From positions 79,840 to 143,839 of the forward strand of contig CAWBZM010000003.1 in NCBI GenBank assembly GCA_963793205.1: 64,000 nucleotides of DNA, in the 5' to 3' direction. The position numbers and the translations under genes are program-made. Position 1 is the first letter of the stretch. Each line of letters begins with the position of its first letter. This DNA is from an uncultured Gemmatimonadales bacterium (GTDB lineage: Bacteria; Gemmatimonadota; Gemmatimonadetes; Gemmatimonadales; GWC2-71-9). Of this stretch, positions 55,288 through 64,000 are shown piece by piece. Below the pieces are notes generated by a model. It was not told where the DNA came from. It was given only the letters and a program-made list of their open reading frames with translations, and did not search any database.

Positions 55288-57166
55288 TCAGCCCAGTCCG
55301 CCATCAAGGCTGAAGAGCACGGCACCCGGTTCGCCAAACGCGACCATCGGTCCGGCGGGGTCCACGGTGGTGATGGACCCCGGCATCGGCGTACGCGGCA
55401 TCCGCGGTGGACAGCAGGAGGCGCCACTGGGCGCCGGCGGGATGTCGCGCCAGGTCGTGGCCGCGCAAGGCCACCGGTCCCGATCCACGTAGACGGACGA
55501 CAGCCAGCAAGGCCACCGGTCCTGCCTCGCGCCGCAGCAGGAGGACGTCGTCGGAGAAGGCGGCGACGGCGAGGCCAGTCCCCGGTCCCCGGAGGGCGGG
55601 GTGCTGCCGCCGGAGTTCGAGCAGGCGCTGATACAGGGCGAGGACCTGCCGGTGCGGAGCCTGGTCCCGCTCGCCCCATGGGAGCCGACTGGAAGTGAAG
55701 GTTGTCGGCGCCTGGGGATCGGGAATCCGCTCCCGCGCGGCGGGATCACTGAAGGCCGCGAAGCGCGCGAACTCCTGCCGCCGTCCCCGCCGGACCATCT
55801 CACCCAGGTCGGCGTGATGGTCGGTGAAATAGAGCCACGGAGTGGAGGCCGCCCATTCCTGACCCATGAACAGCAGGGGCGTCTCCGGGAGGCAGAGCAA
55901 CAGGGCGGATGCGGCACGGTACGCTGCCGCGGTGATCTGGTGGTGCAACCGTTCCCCGAGGGCGCGGTTGCCGATCTGATCGTGATTCTGCAGGCAACAG
56001 ACAAACCGTGACAGCGGAACCCCGGCAGGATCACTCCCGCGCGGTGCACCGGCGTACCCAGACTGCTGTCCGTGGTAATACCACCCTTGCCGGATGGTCT
56101 CGGCGAGGTCGGCGGTTGACCCGGAATAGTCCTGGAAGTAGCCGTCCCGATCTCCGGCCAGCGCCCGCCGCATCTGGTGGTGAAAATCATCGGACCAGAC
56201 ACCATCGAGCCCCATCCCTCCCGCACTCACCGGTCGGACCAGCGCCGACAGGTTCCGGCCATCCTCCGCAATGACAAGGACCGTCCGATCCTCGGCCGCA
56301 GCGAGGCGATGCACCGCCTCGGCGATCTCCGTCAGGATATGGACCGGGCTATCGTCGATGATTGCGTGGGTCGCGTCGAGACGGAGCCCATCGAGGTGAT
56401 ACTCGCGAACCCAGGTGAGTGCGCTCTGAATCACCAGTGCCCGGACCGGCCCGCTGTCGGGACCGTCGAAGTTGAGCGCGGCGCCCCACGGCGTGCGGTG
56501 CGTGGTGGAGAAGTAGGCCGACGCAAAGGCGCCCTGATACGCGCCATCGGGGCCAAAATGGTTGTAGACCACATCGAGGTGCACCGCGAGACCGAGCCCG
56601 TGTGCGGCATCCACCAGGGCCCGCAGATCCTCGGGGCGGCCGTACGCACGGGCCGGCGCGTTGAGCGCCACGCCATCGTAGCCCCAGTTGCGCTCGCCCG
56701 GAAAATCCCCCACCGGCATCAGCTCAATCGCCGTGACGCCCAGGGCGACCAGGTCGGGCAGCCGCTCAATCGCCGCGCGGAACGTCCCCTCCGGCGTGAA
56801 GCTCCCGATGTGCAGCTCGTACAGGACGAGGCGATCGAGCGGGACACCACTCCAGGCGCTGTCGGTCCAGCGAAAGGCGGGATCGATGACTTCCGACGGC
56901 CCGTGCACTCCGCGGATCTGGCAGCGCGATGCCGGATCGGGAAAGGGCCCGCGACCATCGAGGTAGAAGCTGTACCGCGTCCCGGGCGGGGCCGAGGGGT
57001 GCAGCAGCTCGAACCAGCCGTCGCCCACGGCGACCATCGTGGTCCGGATCCCGCGAATGTGCGGGTCGAGCACCACCTCGACCTGGGTAGAGCCGGGTGC
57101 CCAGACCCGGAACCGGGTCCCGTCAGCTCCCAGCCAGGTGGCGCCGATCGGCGCTGGTGCGGTCAC
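55288..57166 (-). pseudogene. treZ: malto-oligosyltrehalose trehalohydrolase TreZ; the last ~30 codons switch frame at a G4 run (55378-55381)
   Basis: Contains GATWLGADGTRFRVWAP ... YELHIGSFT ... DVVYNHFGP ... RLDATHAI. The expected end SITTVDPAGPMVAFGEPGAVLFSL is in the next frame (stop 55288). GTG 57166 overlaps the glgB stop (GTGA). Confidence 0.8.
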
Positions 57167-59070
57167 GCGGTCCCTCCCCGGGGCGCCCGGAAGGCCACGA
57201 CCGCGAGCGGCGGCAGCGTCAGTGTGAGCGACCATGGACGTCCATGCACCTGCGCTGGGGCCGCCTCGACCCCGCCGAGGTTGCCCTGTCCACTGCCCCC
57301 GTAGAGGGGAGCATCGCTGTTGAGAATCTCGGTCCAGTACCCGCCGCCGGGCACCCCGACCCGATAGTCGGTGCGCAACACCGGGGTGAAATTGCAGACG
57401 AACAGGATAACGTCCTCCGGATCACGGGCGCGGCGCAGGAAACTGACCACGCTACGCAGGTTATCGTTGCAGTCGACCCACTCGAATCCTGCCGCCTCGA
57501 AATCCACCTGGTGCATCGCGGGTTCCGCCCGGTAGCAGGTGTTGAGATCACGGACCCAGCGCTGCAGGCCCTTGTGCTCCGGCTCGCTCGAGCAGGTGCC
57601 AGTCGAGACTGGACTCATGGTTCCATTCCCGCACCTGGCCGAACTCCCCGCCCATGAAGAGCAGCTTCTTGCCCGGATGGCCGAACATGAACCCATAGAG
57701 GGCACGCAGGTTGGCAAACTGCTGCCACCGGTCGCCCGGCATCCGGCCGAGCATCGATCCCTTGCCGTGCACCACTTCGTCGTGCGAAAACGGCAGCACA
57801 AAATTCTCACTGAACGCATACAGCAGCGAGAAGGTGATCAGCGCCTGATGGTGTACGCGATAGACCGGATCCTTCGCCATGTAGTCCAGCATGTCGTGCA
57901 TCCAGCCCATGTTCCACTTGAAGCCGAAACCGAGGCCACCCAGGTAGGTAGGTCGCGAGACCATGGGCCAGCTGGTGGATTCCTCGGCGATGACGGTGGC
58001 ACCGGGGTACTCCTGATGCAACTGTTCGTTGAGCACTCGGAGGAAGTCGACCGCCTCGAGATTCTCCCGGCCACCGAAACGGTTGGGAATCCACTCCCCT
58101 TCCTTGCGGCCGTAGTCGAGATACAGCATCGAGGCCACGGCATCGACCCGGAGGGCATCGATATGATACCGGTCCAGCCAGAACATGGCGTTGCTCAGCA
58201 GGAAACTGCGTACCTCCATCCGGCCGAAGTTGAAGACGAAGGTATCCCAGTCGGGGTGGAGGCCCTGCCGCGGATCGGCGTGCTCGTAGAGGTGGGTACC
58301 GTCGAAGTAGGCCAGGCCGAGTTCGTCGCGCGGGAAGTGGGCGGGAACCCAGTCGAGAATCACCCCGATCCCGCGCTGGTGGCAGGCATCCACCAGATAC
58401 ATCAGGTCTTCCGGATCTCCGTAGCGCGACGTGGGGGCAAAATAGCCGGTGACCTGATAGCCCCACGAGCCGTAGAACGGATGCTCCGCCAGCGGCAGCA
58501 GTTCGACGTGGGTGAAGCCCTGCTCTGCCACGTAATCCACCAACTGGACGGCCGCCTCGCGATAGGTGAGCGATCGGTTGCCCGCCTCCGGCACCCGGCG
58601 CCACGAGCCGAGGTGAACCTCATAAATGGAAAGCGGCGCCTGATGGATCTGACCGGCCTGGCGCGCCGCGATCCACGCCTGGTCCTGCCACTGGTAGGTG
58701 GGCGGTGCGAGCACCCGTGATGCCGTCAGCGGTGGCACCTCGGTGGCAAAGGCGTAGGGATCGGCCTTGTCGGCTGAAAAGCTTCCGTCGCGCGACACGA
58801 CCCGGAACTTGTAGCGGGCGCCGGGCTGGACACCGGGGATGAAGCATTGCCAGATGCCATAGTCAGTGGGCGACATCGGGTGGCGCGCGGGATCCCAGCC
58901 ATTGAATTCCCCGATGACCGACACCCGGCTGGCATTGGGTGCGACCACTGCGAAGCGGACCCCGGGGCCCTGGGGGCCGGAGACCGGATGCGCACCGAGA
59001 ATACGATAGGCCCGACAGGCCGAGGGGTGGCTCACCTCGGCGAGCTCCTCGGGCCGTAATGCGATGGTCA

Positions 59071-59074
<4 letters not shown>
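57163..59074 (-). pseudogene. glgB: 1,4-alpha-glucan branching enzyme GlgB, split by an apparent +1 frameshift near 57575-57595
   Basis: The body is in ORF 57548..59206 ([11 protein letters not shown] ... [13 protein letters not shown] ... AEESTSWP). The C-terminus [30 protein letters not shown]... is in ORF 57163..57819. ATG 59074 overlaps the glgX stop (ATGA). Confidence 0.8.
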
Positions 59075-61212
<2,138 letters not shown>

Positions 61213-61326
61213 CGGTGCCTCAAGGTGAACGCAGCCCGGCCAGCGGGCGAAGAGTGCGATAGCATGGACGCATACCCGCGGCGTCCGACGCAAACTATCC
61301 CGGCATTCTCCCGCGTAACAGGGTAG

Positions 61327-61380
61327 GATGTGAAGCGACACACGTGTAAGATGTGAAGGGATGGGTGACGCGAGCGCGTC
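61327..61380. promoter_or_regulatory. candidate operator region in the glgX / glycosyltransferase-like divergent intergenic
   Basis: Direct repeat GATGTGAAG at 61327-61335 and 61350-61358 (23-bp phase). It flanks the perfect palindrome ACACGTGT (61340-61347). The inverted repeat GACGCG-ag-CGCGTC follows at 61367-61380. Confidence 0.35.
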
Positions 61381-61418
61381 GCCGAGACGTCCCACTTCCA
61401 ACGAACCCGGAGTCCTGG

Positions 61419-62663
61419 ATGGCGGAGAAGTTCACGCTCACCCCGGAAGTTGACGCCGCCCTCAAGGCGCTGGGACACGTGGACCTGACGGTCGGAGTCA
61501 CCGCCGTGGATCGGCTGGAGGACACCCGCGATGCGATTGCCACGGCCCAGGCCGGCCTGGCCCAGCGGTTCCCCGGACGCAGCGTGGCCGTGCTGCATGT
61601 GCATGCGGGTGCCGCCCCCGATGCCGGCGGACGGACGGGCACCATCCCCGTGCTGGACCTGGCCATGCGGCCTGCGGCGCCGGGTGGCGCCACCCGGACC
61701 GCCGCCCTGCGGGTGGTGTTGGAGGCGAGTCACCGGCTGGGAGCGCGCGGGTGCGCGGTGATCGGATCGGAAGTGGCCAGTCTGACCCCGGACTGGATCG
61801 GTCGTTTGCTGGCGCCGGTCGACGAACAGGAAGACGACCTGGTGATGCCCTACTACCTGCGCCATCCTTATAGTGGCGCAATCATCACGGGAATCGCCTA
61901 CCCGCTTGTCCGGGCTCTGTACGGCAGGCGGGTCCGCTATCCCCTCGGTACCGAGTTCGCCTGCTCCGCTCGATTGATCTCCAAATACCTGCAGCGCGAT
62001 CCGTCCCGTCCCCCGCCTGGCCCCCAGTCACTGGAACTGCAGCTGCAGACCGACGCCGTCGGCGCCGGTCTGCGGATCTGTCAGGCGGTGCTGGGGCCAC
62101 GCACCATCGCCGCCAGCGACAATGCCACCGGCCTGCCGGCGCTGCTCCTCGAGGTCCTGTCGCAGCTCTTCGGTGAGATGGAGCGCACCATCCCGATGTG
62201 GCAGAAGGTGCGGGGCTCCGTGCCGGTCGAACTCAGTGGCAGCCTCGATGCCGCGCTCATCGAGCCGACGGCGATCGATCCCCGACGCCTGATTGAAGGC
62301 TTCCGGCTCGGCCAGCGGAACCTGCGGGACGTGTGGGGCCTGATGCACTCGCCGGCCACGCTGGTGGACCTCAAGCGGCTGGCCGGATTGGCGGAACCGC
62401 AGTTCGCCATGCCGGACGCCCTCTGGGCCCGGATCGTGTATGACTGCTCCCTGGCCTACCATACGCGGGTAATGAACCGCGAGCATCTCATGGGCGCGCT
62501 CGCCCCGCTCTACCTCGGATGGCTGGGATCCCTGAACACCGAAATGGGCGACGCCGAGCCCGCCCGGCTGGAAGAACGGCTGGAACAGTTGTGCCTGCGC
62601 TTCGAGGCGGAAAAGCCCTATCTGATCACCCGGTGGCGGTGGCCCGATCGCTTCAATCCCTGA
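61419..62663 (+). CDS. glycosyltransferase-like protein (GT-A-like; glucosylglycerate-synthase-like pattern, tentative)
   Basis: ORF 61353 trimmed to ATG 61419. [45 protein letters not shown] resembles a family I recall annotated as glycosyltransferase. Not searched. Confidence 0.55.
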   Translation: MAEKFTLTPEVDAALKALGHVDLTVGVTAVDRLEDTRDAIATAQAGLAQRFPGRSVAVLHVHAGAAPDAGGRTGTIPVLDLAMRPAAPGGATRTAALRVVLEASHRLGARGCAVIGSEVASLTPDWIGRLLAPVDEQEDDLVMPYYLRHPYSGAIITGIAYPLVRALYGRRVRYPLGTEFACSARLISKYLQRDPSRPPPGPQSLELQLQTDAVGAGLRICQAVLGPRTIAASDNATGLPALLLEVLSQLFGEMERTIPMWQKVRGSVPVELSGSLDAALIEPTAIDPRRLIEGFRLGQRNLRDVWGLMHSPATLVDLKRLAGLAEPQFAMPDALWARIVYDCSLAYHTRVMNREHLMGALAPLYLGWLGSLNTEMGDAEPARLEERLEQLCLRFEAEKPYLITRWRWPDRFNP

Positions 62664-62692
62664 CCGGAGCAGCTGCCGGAGGAGGAGACTGT

Positions 62693-63394
62693 ATGTGGAA
62701 CCAGATCAACTATGCCCTGCGCGACTCGCTGAGCCGGGTCTTGAGCAGTCTCGCCAGCCTGGTCCCGGGACTGCTGGCACTGCTGGTGTCGGTGCTGCTC
62801 GCGGTCCTGCTGGGCGCTCTCGCCCGGTGGATCGTGGTGCGGATACTCAGTGTGTTCAAGTTCGACCAGCGGCTGGAACGGTGGGGCGCCTCGGCGCTCG
62901 CGGACTGGTCGCCCCGGAATAGTCCCACCCTGCTGGTGGGGCGCCTGGTCCACTGGATGTTCGTGCTGCTGGGTGCCATGGTGGGGCTGGCCGCCTTTGA
63001 TGCCACCCTGATGACCACCCTGCTGGGCCGGCTCGGGACCTACCTGCCCAACGTCTTCATCGCGGTCATCCTGATCATCGCCGGCACCGTGCTGGCCCGG
63101 TTCCTGTCCCGTGGCGTACTGATCAGCGCCGTCAACATGCAGCTCCAGTCGGCCCGGCTCATCAGCCTGGGGGTAAAATGGCTGGTGCTCCTGCTGACGA
63201 TCGCGATGGCGCTGGACCACCTGAGCATCGGCGGCGCCATTCTCGACCTGGCCTTTGGGGCGGTGTTCGGCGGAATCGTGCTGGCGCTCGCCCTCGCCGT
63301 CGGGCTGGGATCGAAGGATCTCGTGAGCCGCTCGTGGGAGCGGCAGGCCGATCGGGAGGCGGAGCCGTCCGAGCCGCCCATCGAACACCTCTGA
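62693..63394 (+). CDS. membrane protein with conserved-TM-helix repeats (mechanosensitive-channel N-terminal type)
   Basis: GGAGGAGGAG lies before ATG 62693. It has four to five TM helices of the LVPGLLALLVSVLLAVLLGALARWIV type and no MscS beta domain. Confidence 0.65.
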   Translation: MWNQINYALRDSLSRVLSSLASLVPGLLALLVSVLLAVLLGALARWIVVRILSVFKFDQRLERWGASALADWSPRNSPTLLVGRLVHWMFVLLGAMVGLAAFDATLMTTLLGRLGTYLPNVFIAVILIIAGTVLARFLSRGVLISAVNMQLQSARLISLGVKWLVLLLTIAMALDHLSIGGAILDLAFGAVFGGIVLALALAVGLGSKDLVSRSWERQADREAEPSEPPIEHL

Positions 63395-63408
63395 GCCGGA
63401 GCAAGACC

Positions 63409-64000
63409 ATGGCCCGACCAGACGGACGCCGCCGCGTCGTCATCGAGGATGTGCAGCCGGCGATCGACGACGGGCGCTACCCGGTCAAGCGGGTGGTGGG
63501 AGACGTCGTGCAGGTCGAGGCGGATGTGTTCGGGGACGGGCACGACGCCGTCGCCTGCGTCCTGCGCTATCGCGGACCGGATGCGAGCTGGACCGAAGTC
63601 CCGATGGCGCCGCTCGGCAATGATCGCTGGCGGGCCACCTTCCCGGTCGACACGCTCGGGATCTACACCTTCACGGTCGAAGGATGGACCGACCATTTCC
63701 TGACCTGGGTCCGGGAGATGGGCCGGCGCGCGGTGGCCCCCGACCAGGACCTGGAACCGGAACTGGAGCGGGGGGCGAGGCTCCTCGAAGCGGCCGCGGG
63801 CCGGGCGGGCAAGGCGGACGCGGCCCGTCTCCGCGGCTGGGCCAGGGCGCTCCGGGGGCCGGGGCCGCTGCCGCCCCGGGTGGCGCTCGCGCTGGAGCCC
63901 GAACTCGAAAGCGTCGCGGGTCGCTGGCCCGATCGAGAGCTGGCCACCCTCTACCAGAAGGAGCTGACGGTGCGGGCCGAGCGGGTGCGGGCCCGCTACA
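63409..64000 (+). CDS. glgE: alpha-1,4-glucan:maltose-1-phosphate maltosyltransferase GlgE, N-terminal part (runs off window)
   Basis: My own translation from ATG 63409 gives MARPDGRRRVVIEDVQPAIDDGRYPVKRVVGDVVQVEADVFGDGHDAV...PLGNDRWRATFPVDTLGIYTFTVEGWTDHFLTW. This is the GlgE N-domain signature. There is no stop before 64000. Confidence 0.85.
   Translation, partial: MARPDGRRRVVIEDVQPAIDDGRYPVKRVVGDVVQVEADVFGDGHDAVACVLRYRGPDASWTEVPMAPLGNDRWRATFPVDTLGIYTFTVEGWTDHFLTWVREMGRRAVAPDQDLEPELERGARLLEAAAGRAGKADAARLRGWARALRGPGPLPPRVALALEPELESVAGRWPDRELATLYQKELTVRAERVRARY

Noticed and set aside
6770-57595. Programmed ribosomal frameshifting at the six frame breaks
   Set aside because: I saw no shared slippery heptamer or downstream structure. 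The affected genes (glgB, treY, treZ, HTH and others) are not known to use recoding. Uniform +1 polarity at short G/C runs fits an indel artefact better.

Overview
This is a very GC-rich bacterial chromosomal window (roughly two-thirds G+C by eye, not computed), densely coding on both strands. Outer-membrane beta-barrel proteins, lipoproteins and Tat/Sec signals point to a diderm. The gene content looks like a soil Gemmatimonadota-like or similar high-GC lineage, but that is inference only. I found no rRNA, tRNA, CRISPR array, transposase or integrase by eye.

Content falls into three parts.
(1) 1-41 kb is a patchwork of about 65 small genes. They include NTF2/SnoaL-like proteins (x4), cupins (x3), DinB (x2), GNAT (x2), globins (x2), VOC, SDR, a nitroreductase and outer-membrane barrels. 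Regulators are LuxR, AraC, ArsR and XRE-cupin, plus a membrane Ser/Thr kinase. Three small nuclease-fold proteins and many orphans are also present.
(2) 41.4-47.9 kb is a four-gene signalling cluster: a membrane triple-PAS histidine kinase, an eroded REC-GGDEF-EAL protein, a single-domain REC, and a REC-PAS-HK-REC hybrid kinase. A 128-bp tandem-octamer tract with G-quadruplex potential precedes it.
(3) 49-64 kb is an alpha-glucan/trehalose supercluster. On the minus strand glgX-glgB-treZ-treY-treS/pep2 are tightly coupled. It is divergent from a glycosyltransferase-like gene, a conserved-TM-helix membrane gene and glgE, which runs off the window end.

Most notable observations:
- the octamer/G4 array
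- the doubly truncated, catalytically degenerate c-di-GMP protein whose start overlaps the kinase stop
- an orphan TNT/ART-like 181-aa protein
- a globin-PAQR gene pair
- six disrupted reading frames (including glgB, treZ and treY in a row) that all need removal of exactly one base, which looks more like a systematic indel artefact than real decay

I did not find a clear-cut novel defence or mobile system. The signalling cluster is the best candidate for something undescribed, and the evidence for it is modest.

All coordinates were counted by hand. Family calls rest on motifs I recognise, not on searches.
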